A DNA stretch of 64,000 bases, taken from Bacteroidales bacterium. Lineage in GTDB: Bacteria; Bacteroidota; Bacteroidia; Bacteroidales; WCHB1-69. Below, piece by piece: positions 8,968 to 17,907 of this stretch; within the stretch, counting starts at the first letter, position 1; each line of letters starts with the position of its first letter. The notes under the pieces were generated by a model, which searched no databases, had not been told where the DNA came from, and worked only from the letters and a program-made list of their open reading frames with translations. The position numbers and the translations under genes were made by a program. The stretch lies in contig JAFSOZ010000011.1 in NCBI GenBank assembly GCA_017443175.1, forward strand, positions 26,921-90,920, given 5' to 3'.

Positions 8968-9843
8968 ATGAATCAGAATCACATATTAATCACCGGGGCC
9001 AATGGGCAGTTGGGAAACTGTTTGCGCGATTTGGCAGCAGCGTACCAAGATAAATACCGTTTCTTCTACACCGATGTGGAAGAATTGGACATCACCGATG
9101 CGGCAGCAATTGATCGATATGTAGCTGACAATCAAATCCATGTCATCATCAATGCGGCGGCTTACACGGCCGTTGACAAGGCCGAGGACGACGTGGACAT
9201 GGCCTACAAGCTGAATCGCGATGCCGTGCGCAATTTGGCTGAAGTGGCGAAGGCACACAATTGCCTGCTGGTGCACATCTCCACCGACTATGTGTTTTCC
9301 GGCGAGGCCTGCCATCCGTACAAAGAAGACGATGCTCCAGCGCCGAAATCGGTTTACGGGGCTTCGAAGCTGGCCGGCGAACAGGCTATTGCCGAAGTGG
9401 GCTGCCGCGCCATCATCATCCGCACCTCCTGGCTCTACTCCGAATACGGACGCAACTTCGTGAAGACGATGCTGCAATTGGGCCGCGAGCGCGATGAGGT
9501 TTCGGTGGTGAGCGACCAGATCGGCGGTCCCACATACGCCGGCGACCTTGCACAGGCCGTGATGCAGGGCGTAGCTGCCGATGCAGAGCATGAGGGGATT
9601 CATATTTATAATTATGCCAATGAAGGGGTTATAAGTTGGTACGACTTCTCGAAAGCCATCATGGAGATTTCGGGGAACTCATGCACCGTTCACCCCATTT
9701 TTACGGGCGAATATCCGGCAAAAGCCGCCAGACCTGCCTATTCTGTCTTCAATTTGAGGAAGGTTAAAGAAAAATTCGGCATCGATATCCCCTACTGGAG
9801 AGATAGTTTAATACTGACTATCAATAAGTTGTCAGGTAAATAA
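8968..9843 (+). CDS. rfbD: dTDP-4-dehydrorhamnose reductase
   Basis: ILITGANGQLG Rossmann motif, STDYVF, YGASKLAGE (YxxxK), 291 aa. Confidence 0.88.
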   Translation: MNQNHILITGANGQLGNCLRDLAAAYQDKYRFFYTDVEELDITDAAAIDRYVADNQIHVIINAAAYTAVDKAEDDVDMAYKLNRDAVRNLAEVAKAHNCLLVHISTDYVFSGEACHPYKEDDAPAPKSVYGASKLAGEQAIAEVGCRAIIIRTSWLYSEYGRNFVKTMLQLGRERDEVSVVSDQIGGPTYAGDLAQAVMQGVAADAEHEGIHIYNYANEGVISWYDFSKAIMEISGNSCTVHPIFTGEYPAKAARPAYSVFNLRKVKEKFGIDIPYWRDSLILTINKLSGK

Positions 9844-9884
9844 TTTTTTTTACGTAAAAAAGTTCGGGATTTCAAAAAATATTG

Positions 9885-9892
9885 TATTTTTG
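9885..9892 (+). promoter_or_regulatory. -7 box (TATTTTTG)
   Basis: TAnnTTTG match 51 nt upstream of tRNA-Thr. Confidence 0.45.
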
Positions 9893-9942
9893 CCAACCAT
9901 TTGAAACCCACCCTATGGGTTGTTCTTTTCATAATGAAAAAA

Positions 9943-10017
9943 GCCGTTGTAGCTCAGTGGTAGAGTACATCCTTGGTAAGGATGGGGTCATGAGTTCAAC
10001 TCTCATCAACGGCTCCA
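9943..10017 (+). tRNA. tRNA-Thr (anticodon GGT), CCA encoded
   Basis: Hand-folded cloverleaf. Acceptor gccgttg/caacggc, anticodon stem catcc/ggatg with loop ttGGTaa, T arm atgag-ttcaact-ctcat, discriminator t plus cca. Confidence 0.9.
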
Positions 10018-10062
10018 CTTGAAACAAACAAGCAAAAATATTAATCATTAATTTATAAGAAA

Positions 10063-11250
10063 ATGGCAAAAGAGAAATTTGAACGCACCAAACCCCACGT
10101 AAATGTGGGTACAATTGGTCACATTGACCACGGTAAAACGACCTTGACCGCTGCTATCACAACGGTTTTGGCCAACCAAGGTCTTTCCGAAGTGAGATCT
10201 TTCGATTCCATCGATAACGCTCCTGAGGAGAAAGAGCGTGGTATCACCATCAACACCGCTCACATCGAGTACCAAACCGCCACTCGTCACTACGCACACG
10301 TTGACTGTCCGGGTCACGCCGACTATGTGAAGAACATGGTAACGGGTGCTGCCCAGATGGATGGCGCTATCCTCGTGGTGGCCGCTACCGATGGTCCGAT
10401 GCCTCAGACCCGTGAGCACATCCTGTTGGCAAAACAGGTAGGTGTGCCAAAAATGGTTGTTTTCATGAACAAAGTTGACTTGGTTGACGACCCTGAGTTG
10501 CTCGACCTCGTTGAAATGGAAATCCGTGACCTGCTGTCCTTCTACGGATTCGACGGCGACAACACCCCGGTTATCCGCGGTTCCGCTCTTGGTGGCTTGA
10601 ACCTTGAACCGAAGTGGGTTGAGAAGATCATGGAACTCATGGATGCAGTTGACACTTGGATTCCGCTGCCTCCGCGTGACGTTGATAAAGACTTCCTCAT
10701 GCCTGTGGAAGACGTATTCTCCATCACCGGTCGTGGTACCGTGGCTACCGGTCGTATCGAGACTGGTGTGATCCACACCTCCGATCCTGTTGACATCATT
10801 GGTATGGGTGCTGAGAAGCTGAAATCCGTCGTTACCGGTGTGGAAATGTTCCGCAAGATCCTCGATGAAGGTGAAGCTGGTGATAACGTAGGTCTGTTGC
10901 TCCGCGGTATCGACAAAGACGAAATCCGTCGTGGTATGGTTATCGCAAAACCGGGTTCCATCCATCCTCACAAGAAATTCAAAGCTTCTGTGTATGTTTT
11001 GAAGAAAGAAGAAGGTGGTCGTCACACCCCGTTTGGCAACAACTACCGTCCTCAATTCTACTTCCGTACAACGGACGTTACCGGTGCTATCACTCTGCCT
11101 GCTGGCGTTGAGATGTGTATGCCTGGTGATAATGTAGAAATCACCGTTGAGTTGCTCTCTGAAATCGCTCTGAACATGAACCTCCGTTTCGCTATCCGCG
11201 AAGGTGGTCGTACCGTGGGCGCTGGTCAGATCACTGAGATCCTCGACTAA
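10063..11250 (+). CDS. tuf: translation elongation factor Tu
   Basis: 395 aa with [18 protein letters not shown] and NKVD motifs. Unmistakably EF-Tu. Confidence 0.98.
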   Translation: MAKEKFERTKPHVNVGTIGHIDHGKTTLTAAITTVLANQGLSEVRSFDSIDNAPEEKERGITINTAHIEYQTATRHYAHVDCPGHADYVKNMVTGAAQMDGAILVVAATDGPMPQTREHILLAKQVGVPKMVVFMNKVDLVDDPELLDLVEMEIRDLLSFYGFDGDNTPVIRGSALGGLNLEPKWVEKIMELMDAVDTWIPLPPRDVDKDFLMPVEDVFSITGRGTVATGRIETGVIHTSDPVDIIGMGAEKLKSVVTGVEMFRKILDEGEAGDNVGLLLRGIDKDEIRRGMVIAKPGSIHPHKKFKASVYVLKKEEGGRHTPFGNNYRPQFYFRTTDVTGAITLPAGVEMCMPGDNVEITVELLSEIALNMNLRFAIREGGRTVGAGQITEILD

Positions 11251-11280
11251 GAGAATACCACTCAACCAAAACAACAAGAG

Positions 11281-11309
11281 AAGGGCATTGCTATAATGCC
11301 CTTTCTTTT
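11281..11309 (+). terminator. intrinsic terminator after tuf
   Basis: 9-bp stem aagggcatt (11281-11289) / aatgccctt (11295-11303), 5-nt loop, then a T-rich tail. Confidence 0.65.
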
Positions 11310-11311
11310 AC

Positions 11312-11382
11312 AGGGGATTAGTTTAATGGTAGAATGACGGTCTCCAAAACCGCAGATGGGAGTTCGATTCTCTCATCCCCTG
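11312..11382 (+). tRNA. tRNA-Trp (anticodon CCA)
   Basis: Acceptor aggggat/atcccct, anticodon stem acggt/accgc with loop ctCCAaa, T arm gggag-ttcgatt-ctctc. The CCA tail is not encoded. Confidence 0.9.
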
Positions 11383-11392
11383 CAAAGAAAAA

Positions 11393-11417
11393 GGTCGCAA
11401 AAATGCGACCTTTTTTT
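11393..11417 (+). terminator. intrinsic terminator after tRNA-Trp
   Basis: ggtcgca (11393-11399) / tgcgacc (11404-11410), 4-nt loop, T7 run at 11411-11417. Confidence 0.8.
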
Positions 11418-11449
11418 GTATATAATCACACGTTCATTGTGCGTGTGTG

Positions 11450-11487
11450 GGTAGGTAGGGACGAAAGATTTTTCGTCCCTACCTACC
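11450..11487 (-). terminator. perfect 17-bp hairpin overlapping the ruvC stop codon
   Basis: ggtaggtagggacgaaa (11450-11466) pairs perfectly with tttcgtccctacctacc (11471-11487). It overlaps the ruvC TAG at 11483-11485. Confidence 0.55.
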
Positions 11488-12049
11488 TCACAACCCGCGC
11501 CTCATTATTGGCAATGAATGATTTCCAATCGTTGAACTTCTTGCCGCCACCTACCACCACGCGATGCTGCAAATGATGGCATACTGCGGCAGCCAGCGCG
11601 TCAGTAGCATCCAGATACTCGATGGAATCCTTCAGCGGATACATGTGGCACAACATCGCCGCCACCTGCTCCTTAGCCGCGCTACCGTTGCCCGTAATAG
11701 ACTGCTTGATCTTACGGGGCTCGTACTCATAGACATCCATTCCAGCGTGCAGACAGGCGGCAATCACAATGCCCTGGGCGCGACCCAACTTCAGCATCGA
11801 CTGGACATTCTTGCCGTAAAACGGGGCTTCAATGGCCAAAATATCCGGATGATACTGCTCAATCAAGGCATTCATCTTCTCGTAGATAAACTTCAACTTG
11901 GCATAATGGTCCGTCAGCTTCTTCATCTGTATTACACTGATGACCTCCACCTCCGATTGGTTGAGGTGAGTGTTCAGTATGGCATACCCCATCACATTCG
12001 TGCCGGGGTCAATGCCTAAAATCTTATGCCGAACAGCCACTTCTTCCAT
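11483..12049 (-). CDS. ruvC: crossover junction endodeoxyribonuclease RuvC
   Basis: ILGIDPGTNVMGYAIL N-terminal catalytic Asp motif and AIEAPFYGKNVQS. The ATG at 12049 is chosen because it sits 1 nt after the upstream gene's stop. Confidence 0.9.
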   Translation of the reverse strand: MEEVAVRHKILGIDPGTNVMGYAILNTHLNQSEVEVISVIQMKKLTDHYAKLKFIYEKMNALIEQYHPDILAIEAPFYGKNVQSMLKLGRAQGIVIAACLHAGMDVYEYEPRKIKQSITGNGSAAKEQVAAMLCHMYPLKDSIEYLDATDALAAAVCHHLQHRVVVGGGKKFNDWKSFIANNEARVVR

Positions 12050-12050
12050 A

Positions 12051-12476
12051 TTATTTTTCAAAAAGAAGGATTTTGTTGGCATAATCGATAACTGCCTTAT
12101 GCTGCACCAGGAAATCGTTGCCCAAAATCACCTGAACCGGCTTGCGTTGTAATCGCTGATAAGCCAAGTTAATGTAGGAGAAATCCAATAAAGCCATGGT
12201 CTCATACGTATCCAATCTGAAATGTCCGAGACGGAAATCAGGAATATCGGCCGTTCTCACCTCAAAACCATCGCCGCCAATGCCTGCGGTAACCCCTTCG
12301 TGCACAGCAGTGTGCAACTGGGGCAGCATTTCCGCTACATACGACATGTCCATGCATGAGCGGGAAGCCCCTGTATCTAATACCATACGCACAACCCTGC
12401 CCGCCACACGCCCGTTTACCAGCGTGTGGAAATCGCCTTGCTCAAGCTCAACGATATTCAGTTTTGTCCTGTACAT
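12051..12476 (-). CDS. retropepsin-like aspartic protease
   Basis: 141 aa with the MVLDTGASRSCM active-site motif (D-T-G-A) and a C-terminal ILGNDFL motif. Confidence 0.7.
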   Translation of the reverse strand: MYRTKLNIVELEQGDFHTLVNGRVAGRVVRMVLDTGASRSCMDMSYVAEMLPQLHTAVHEGVTAGIGGDGFEVRTADIPDFRLGHFRLDTYETMALLDFSYINLAYQRLQRKPVQVILGNDFLVQHKAVIDYANKILLFEK

Positions 12477-12511
12477 ATAGTTTATAGAAAAAGATTCTTA
12501 CGAAGATACCT

Positions 12512-13423
12512 TTACAGCCAATGTTTTTTGATGAAGAAGACCACCAGGAAGACCAGAATCAGCAAACAGATGCCCATTACAATCCAGAATGCGAACGGCG
12601 ACGCAGCGAAAGGCAATGCCACATTCATGCCGTATAAGCCGCTGATGAAGGTCAACGGGAGCACGATGGTGGAAATGATGGTGAGCATGCGCATGATCTC
12701 GTTCGTCTTGTTGGTCTGCATCGAATCGAATGTGCTGGAGAGGCCATCGACCAACTCGCCGTAGTCTTCAATCATATCCCACATCTTCTGGTAAAAGTCG
12801 AGGATATTGCCCCAGTACTCTTCCATGTCATCGGCAAAGCCCTTGATTTCGCCGGATTCGAACTTGTTGAACAGGCGCAGCTGCGGCCGGAACATGGTGT
12901 TCATCTGGATGATATTCTTGCGGAAACGGGAAATCTGCTCGATGAGATGTTCCGATTTGCTGTTGAACAGTTCCCTGTTGATGTAGTCGATTTCGGTGCC
13001 CATGCGTTCCACCAGCAGGAAAGTCTCTTTCATCATTCTGTACAGAATATGATACAGAACCGCATCGCTGGTGCCGCTAATGTCGTCTTCATCTTCCGGT
13101 TCAGGATTCACTTTCGTGTAATCAAACAGTTCCTGCACCACATAATGGGAATTGCCCACCGTGATGAGGTAATCCTGACCCCAGAAAATCTTGGTTTCTT
13201 CGGTTCTCACCAGCTGAGTGCGCTTGTCCATCAAAGGGAAATGGAGCACGAGGAAATAATAATCGTCGTACTCATCGATTTTGGGACGCTGGACAAAGCT
13301 GGAGCAGTCTTCAATATCCAAAGGGTGGAAATGGAAGTTATCCCGCAAGAAATCTAAATCCTCTACTGTTGGATTGGTGATATGGTGCCATTTGAATGAT
13401 CCGAAATTGATGGTATCAACCAT
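12512..13423 (-). CDS. corA: CorA-family magnesium/cobalt transporter
   Basis: 303 aa. Two C-terminal TM helices flank the YGMNV signature. Confidence 0.88.
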   Translation of the reverse strand: MVDTINFGSFKWHHITNPTVEDLDFLRDNFHFHPLDIEDCSSFVQRPKIDEYDDYYFLVLHFPLMDKRTQLVRTEETKIFWGQDYLITVGNSHYVVQELFDYTKVNPEPEDEDDISGTSDAVLYHILYRMMKETFLLVERMGTEIDYINRELFNSKSEHLIEQISRFRKNIIQMNTMFRPQLRLFNKFESGEIKGFADDMEEYWGNILDFYQKMWDMIEDYGELVDGLSSTFDSMQTNKTNEIMRMLTIISTIVLPLTFISGLYGMNVALPFAASPFAFWIVMGICLLILVFLVVFFIKKHWL

Positions 13424-13493
13424 AAGATAACCTCCTTTCTTCTATTGGATTAGTACTGACAAAGACTACATCTTGGTAAAATTTTAAAGCCTG

Positions 13494-13501
13494 CAAAGAT
13501 A
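13494..13501 (-). promoter_or_regulatory. -7 box (TATCTTTG on minus strand)
   Basis: Lies in the divergent intergenic region, 71 nt upstream of the corA start. Confidence 0.4.
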
Positions 13502-13521
13502 CGAAAAAAAGTAAAAATTGT

Positions 13522-13529
13522 TACTTTTG
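13522..13529 (+). promoter_or_regulatory. -7 box (TACTTTTG)
   Basis: 21 nt upstream of the ybaK ATG at 13550. Confidence 0.5.
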
Positions 13530-13549
13530 TACCAATTTTTGAAAAGATT

Positions 13550-14032
13550 ATGCCAAAAGAAAAGATAAACAAGACCAACGCCTGTCGCATTCTGGACCAG
13601 AAAAAGATTGACTATGAGTTGATTTCATACGAGGTGGATGAAAACGACCTCGGCGCGCAGCACATCGCCGACCAATTAGGCGAGGACATTGACCAGGTAT
13701 TCAAGACTTTGGTGCTGAAAGGCGACAAAACCGGCCATTTCGTGTGTGTCATTCCGGGCAACGAGGAGGTGAACTTGAAGAAGACCGCCAAGGTGACGGG
13801 CAACAAGAGCTGCGACCTCATCCCGATGAAGGAGTTGCTGCCTTTGACGGGCTACATCCGGGGCGGCTGCTCGCCCGTGGGCATGAAGAAGCCCTTCCCG
13901 ACGTACATACATGAGACTTGCGAGCTGTTTGACTACATATACGTCAGCGCGGGCGTGCGCGGCCTGCAGTTCAAACTCAACCCACAAGACTTGATCCAAG
14001 TGGTAGGGATGACGGTAACGGAGTTGACATAA
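13550..14032 (+). CDS. ybaK: Cys-tRNA(Pro)/Cys-tRNA(Cys) deacylase YbaK
   Basis: 160 aa. NACRILDQKKIDYE, FKTLVLKGDK and GGCSPVGMKK motifs of the YbaK/EbsC family. Confidence 0.85.
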   Translation: MPKEKINKTNACRILDQKKIDYELISYEVDENDLGAQHIADQLGEDIDQVFKTLVLKGDKTGHFVCVIPGNEEVNLKKTAKVTGNKSCDLIPMKELLPLTGYIRGGCSPVGMKKPFPTYIHETCELFDYIYVSAGVRGLQFKLNPQDLIQVVGMTVTELT

Positions 14033-14143
14033 GGTTGTTTATTTGCCGAAAGCATAAAGATTAAATCCTTAGCGGGGTTCGCTCCCGTAACTATATAAGC
14101 TTCATATCCTTGACAACGGCAGCTCTAGTAGGATTCGTCCTTT

Positions 14144-14548
14144 TTATTTCCCAACTATATTCAGCATCTCCGCGGGTGTTACCACAATAGGGACCTTGGG
14201 GAAATGTTTGATGTTTCCTGTGACGAGATACGCTCCTTCTTTGGACAATGCCACCTCGTAAAAAACCGCATCATCAACATCAATAAATTCTTCAACGGCT
14301 GTTGTCCTAGGTAATGGAATCCCACATTCTAAAATCATCTCAATCATATTGGCAATATCATGCTCCCGTAAATTGAATTTGCCTCGATGAAGGACCGCAT
14401 CGTATTCAGCAATAATTTCATAATTAAAAATGGGTATGATATTACCATCTGCCACTTTCTCCATCACTTTCACAGTAGAAGATTCTGAATTGTTTGTAAT
14501 CATGGCTGACACCAGTACATTGGTGTCAAAAACAGCATAGTGTTTCAT
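14144..14548 (-). CDS. PIN-domain toxin (PIN_3-type putative ribonuclease)
   Basis: 134 aa. The N-terminal VFDTNVLVSA acidic motif and later D/E residues are typical of PIN toxins. It overlaps the upstream antitoxin gene by 4 nt. Confidence 0.75.
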   Translation of the reverse strand: MKHYAVFDTNVLVSAMITNNSESSTVKVMEKVADGNIIPIFNYEIIAEYDAVLHRGKFNLREHDIANMIEMILECGIPLPRTTAVEEFIDVDDAVFYEVALSKEGAYLVTGNIKHFPKVPIVVTPAEMLNIVGK

Positions 14549-14835
14549 TGTTGATTTCTTGTTTTCTTGATTTCATCGTTAATATCCTCTAATGAGAGAT
14601 CGGGCGTATTGCCTTCCTCCGCCCACGCACGCATATTGCGGAATGCAGCAATGCGTTCTGCCGAGGACTTCTCCTCGCTCGCACATATTTCAAACGGAAT
14701 ACGCCGCCGTTGCACTACAGCTCTGGCAAACACATTAATGGCAGTATTGACACTCATGCCAAACTCTGCACATAAGGCATCAAACATGGTTTTAAGTTGT
14801 GAGTCCATCCTCACGGTCATAGACACTTGTGACAT
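14545..14835 (-). CDS. RelB/DinJ-family antitoxin
   Basis: MSQVSMTVRMDSQLKTMFDALCAEFGMSVNTAINVFARAVV is a ribbon-helix-helix DinJ-like N-terminus. ATG 14835 is preferred over the tracked alternative start. Confidence 0.75.
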   Translation of the reverse strand: MSQVSMTVRMDSQLKTMFDALCAEFGMSVNTAINVFARAVVQRRRIPFEICASEEKSSAERIAAFRNMRAWAEEGNTPDLSLEDINDEIKKTRNQQ

Positions 14836-14860
14836 TTCAAATTGATTTAAATTAACGCCA

Positions 14861-14868
14861 CAAAGATA
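14861..14868 (-). promoter_or_regulatory. -7 box (TATCTTTG on minus strand)
   Basis: 26 nt upstream of the antitoxin ATG. Confidence 0.5.
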
Positions 14869-14981
14869 CAAATTTATTTCAATCAGACATCATTATAATT
14901 GAAATAATACAAAAAAAAGATATGAGTCGGGGAATTGGGTATTTGGAGGTGATTCTATTCATGACCCACACATCTGAGCTC

Positions 14982-15539
14982 TCACCGCCACACCGCAAAG
15001 CAGTAAAAACCATAGCGCGTGTCCATGTCGGCGGGAACAAAGAAACGGAGAAATTGGACACCCTCCGGGGCGATATAGCTATCCAACGTGAAGATATTGG
15101 TGCTTGTCGTGAACTGGAAGGTGCGCACTTTCAGTTGCTGCACCAGCATCGATTCAGCTACGCGGTCGGTGCGCCAGCGGCAATAGGCAGCGGCCTGTTC
15201 GGGCGACACGCCCAAAACCGGCCGATTGCGGAATTGGGGATGATGAGCATAGACCACCGCGATGGAGTCTGGCATCAGCGCATGTGCCGCCGACAGGTCA
15301 AGAACGGAGGACTTGTACTGTTCCGACTCTTTTCCAAAAGTCTTTTCCAACCACTATTGGTACTCCAACCAGTCCACATTCCGGACGTATGATTTATCGC
15401 ACAACGTTTTGCCCACAAAAGCAGTCAAATTCACCCTTTCGGCAAATTTCCGTTGCATTTTCGGGGTAAGTTGCTGCGCAAAAGTCGCATTAAAGCACAC
15501 CACGCACAGCAAAGATAAAATTATCGATCGGAATTTCAT
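14982..15539 (-). pseudogene. FGE/SUMF1-like secreted protein interrupted by an in-frame TAG
   Basis: ORFs 15354-15539 (signal peptide MKFRSIILSLLCVVCFNATFAQ) and 14982-15350 are in the same frame. Only TAG (15354-15356) plus one codon separates them. The joined product reads ...NVDWLEYQ*WLEKTF...GVSPEQAAAYCRWRTD...GFYCF, which is FGE-sulfatase-like. Confidence 0.55.
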
Positions 15540-15647
15540 AGGTAATGATTTATAGGTTTCTATATTAGAAACGAATAAATCATCATATATCTTGGGTGCA
15601 CTTGCAAGATTTTTCCTCGCGATCCCTGCGATCCGCGGCCAATAAAC

Positions 15648-16412
15648 CTACTGATTTAACACCTTGTATATCTCCGCCATTTTTTCATCTTCCGGCAAAG
15701 CCACATCGATCCAGTGGATGTCGAAGCTGAGGCGCTCCATACGGCGGAACCAAGTCATCTGGCGCTTGGAGAATTGATGGATGGCCGTGTTGAGGGAGGT
15801 AAACATCTCCTCGTAGCTGATTTCGCCCAGCAGATACAGCGTTACGTATTTGTACTCCAAACCATAACGGATGAGAATCTCGGAGGGCACGCCTTCGTCC
15901 AGCAGGGCCTTCACCTCCTCCACCATGCCCTCTTCCAAGCGGGCTTTGAGCCGCTGCGTGATGCGCGTGCGGATAAGGTCGCGCTCGCCCCGGAGCCCGA
16001 AGATGACCGACGGCACGGGATCCGAGAGTATCTGGCTGTCTTCCTGCCACTTGAAACGGTAGCCTTGCAGCACCGCCTCGATGTAAAGGCCGCTGCCACC
16101 ACAAATCACCACCTGCCGGCCACGGCCCCGTATGTCCTGTATGGCCTTGAACGCTTCTTGCTGGTAGCGATAGACATTGTACTTCACGCCCGGCTCCTCA
16201 ATATCGATGAGATGATACGGCACCGGCTGGCCGTTGTATTGGTATTCGGAGATATCCTTGCCCGTGCCGATGTCCATGCGGCGATAGACCTGCCGTGAGT
16301 CGGCGCTCACAATCTCGCCGCCTAGCTCGGCAGCCAGACGCACCGCAATGTGCGTCTTGCCGGTCGCCGTAGGACCTAAAACGGTGATTATGGGACGCTC
16401 TTCGTTCATCAT
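15648..16412 (-). CDS. miaA: tRNA dimethylallyltransferase
   Basis: ITVLGPTATGKTHIAVRLA P-loop, SADSRQVYRRMDIGTGK, QFSKRQMTWFRR. At 254 aa it is on the short side for MiaA. Confidence 0.85.
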   Translation of the reverse strand: MMNEERPIITVLGPTATGKTHIAVRLAAELGGEIVSADSRQVYRRMDIGTGKDISEYQYNGQPVPYHLIDIEEPGVKYNVYRYQQEAFKAIQDIRGRGRQVVICGGSGLYIEAVLQGYRFKWQEDSQILSDPVPSVIFGLRGERDLIRTRITQRLKARLEEGMVEEVKALLDEGVPSEILIRYGLEYKYVTLYLLGEISYEEMFTSLNTAIHQFSKRQMTWFRRMERLSFDIHWIDVALPEDEKMAEIYKVLNQ

Positions 16413-16918
16413 TTCACGGGTTGGAGTTTGGGTTCGTCAAAGATTTCCAGATCGAAAATGCGCTCACCGTCAATTTTGAGGCGCATCATGGTGAGGTGGG
16501 TATGGAAGCCATAGCGTCCCGCCGCCCCGGGATTGAGAAACATCAGGTTGTGCTGCTTGTCAAACATCACCTTGAGAATATGGGAGTGACCGGCCACCAG
16601 AATCGTGGGCTTGACCTCGTGAATCAGTTCCAATGCTCTCGGATCATACTTGCCGGGGTAACCTACAATATGGCGAATGGCCACCGTGTGCTGCTCGCAT
16701 TGAAAGACCTGGTTCTCAGGAATCTCACGACGGATGTCCCAGTCGTCGCAGTTGCCATACACAGCGCGCACGGTGGGCGCAATGGCGGCCAGCTCATCGA
16801 GGATAAAGTCGTCCATGATGTCTCCCGCGTGCCAAATCTCATCACAGCCCGTGAAAAACTCAAATGCATCGGGATGCAGGTAGCCGTGCGTGTCGGAAAG
16901 GATGCCTATTTTCTTCAT
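16409..16918 (-). CDS. YfcE/MJ0936-type metallophosphoesterase
   Basis: MKKIGILSDTHGY, WHAGD, GNCD and GHSH motifs. 4-nt overlaps with both neighbouring genes. Confidence 0.8.
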   Translation of the reverse strand: MKKIGILSDTHGYLHPDAFEFFTGCDEIWHAGDIMDDFILDELAAIAPTVRAVYGNCDDWDIRREIPENQVFQCEQHTVAIRHIVGYPGKYDPRALELIHEVKPTILVAGHSHILKVMFDKQHNLMFLNPGAAGRYGFHTHLTMMRLKIDGERIFDLEIFDEPKLQPVK

Positions 16919-17679
16919 TCTTTCACGGGGTTGCGTTGTTTCACCACCTCAAAGAGCGTGATGCCCGTAGCCACGGAGACGTTGAGCGAGCGAATGGTAC
17001 CCACCATAGGGATATTGATTGTGTCGTTGCAATGGCGAAGGTAATCCCACGCGATGCCTTCGTACTCATTGCCCATGATAAGACACATAGGACCTGTTAA
17101 ATCCTTGTTATAGAGCGCGTGGTTGGCCTTCTCGGTCACGCCAACCACTTCAACACCGGAATCTTTCAAGAATTGGATAACCTCAACGAGGTTGGAATGG
17201 CGACAGACGGGAATCTTGTTCAGGGCACCGGCGGAACTTTTCACCGCATCCTCGTTGAGTTGCGCGCCGCCATTGAGGGGCAGGATAATGGCATCCACGC
17301 CTGCGCACTCGGCCGAGCGCGCGATGGCACCCACGTTGCGCACATCGGTAACCTTGTCGAGCAACAGGAGAAACGGCACCCTACCCTCTTCAAAGATGGT
17401 AGGCACAATGTCGAAAATACTGCTGTACTCGATGGCCGACAGGAACGCCACAACACCCTGGTGGTTGTTGCGTGTGAGCCGGTTCAGCTTCTCTAATGGC
17501 ACATATTGGAAGGGAATCTTGTGTTGGCGCACCTCGTAAAAGAGCTGTTTGAAGAGTTCCCCTTGTAGTCCCTTCTGAAAGAGCACTTTATCGATAGTCT
17601 TGCCGCTCTCCACCGCCTCCAAAATGGGGCGCATACCGTATATGAGGGCCGCGTTGTCTTGATTGGGTTTCGCGTACAT
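16915..17679 (-). CDS. rlmB: 23S rRNA (guanosine-2'-O)-methyltransferase RlmB-like (SpoU family)
   Basis: IYGMRPILEAV substrate-binding N-domain plus SpoU motifs NVGAIARSAECAG, LIMGNEYEGI and IPMVGTIRSLNVSVA. Confidence 0.8.
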   Translation of the reverse strand: MYAKPNQDNAALIYGMRPILEAVESGKTIDKVLFQKGLQGELFKQLFYEVRQHKIPFQYVPLEKLNRLTRNNHQGVVAFLSAIEYSSIFDIVPTIFEEGRVPFLLLLDKVTDVRNVGAIARSAECAGVDAIILPLNGGAQLNEDAVKSSAGALNKIPVCRHSNLVEVIQFLKDSGVEVVGVTEKANHALYNKDLTGPMCLIMGNEYEGIAWDYLRHCNDTINIPMVGTIRSLNVSVATGITLFEVVKQRNPVKE

Positions 17680-17712
17680 TGAAATATCTGTTGTAATTTA
17701 GAAATGGAAGTG

Positions 17713-17720
17713 CAAAGATA
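17713..17720 (-). promoter_or_regulatory. -7 box (TATCTTTG on minus strand)
   Basis: 34 nt upstream of the rlmB ATG at 17679. Confidence 0.5.
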
Positions 17721-17907
17721 GCAAAATAAAACTGATGCGGCAACATCGGCAATTTTGAATCATAAGGGACATGCTGTTTCTATGCGCTCCGCACATCGCT
17801 TCCGCACGAATGATTATTTTGCTATTTTCGCGCCACCTAAAAATTTTGAGGTTTAGGGTGTAGTTTTTCGCCACCTTCGTAGTCAAAAGAAAAACAACGT
17901 CTGAAAG

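Noticed and set aside
10048-11277. 409-aa ORF on the minus strand covering the whole tuf gene
   Set aside because: It is exactly antisense to an unmistakable EF-Tu gene. The product is low-complexity (V/T/G/D-rich) with no recognisable motif. It is a typical shadow ORF caused by codon bias in a highly expressed gene.
11334-11576. 80-aa plus-strand ORF starting inside tRNA-Trp
   Set aside because: It overlaps a tRNA, two terminator hairpins and the 3' end of ruvC, so it is implausible as a gene.
14072-14088. tRNA T-arm-like sequence (gcggg-gttcgct-cccgt) downstream of ybaK, considered as a possible tRNA-fragment att site for an islet
   Set aside because: It is only a 5-bp stem with one G-T pair. 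No acceptor-stem continuation, matching tRNA, direct repeat partner or integrase is present in the window.
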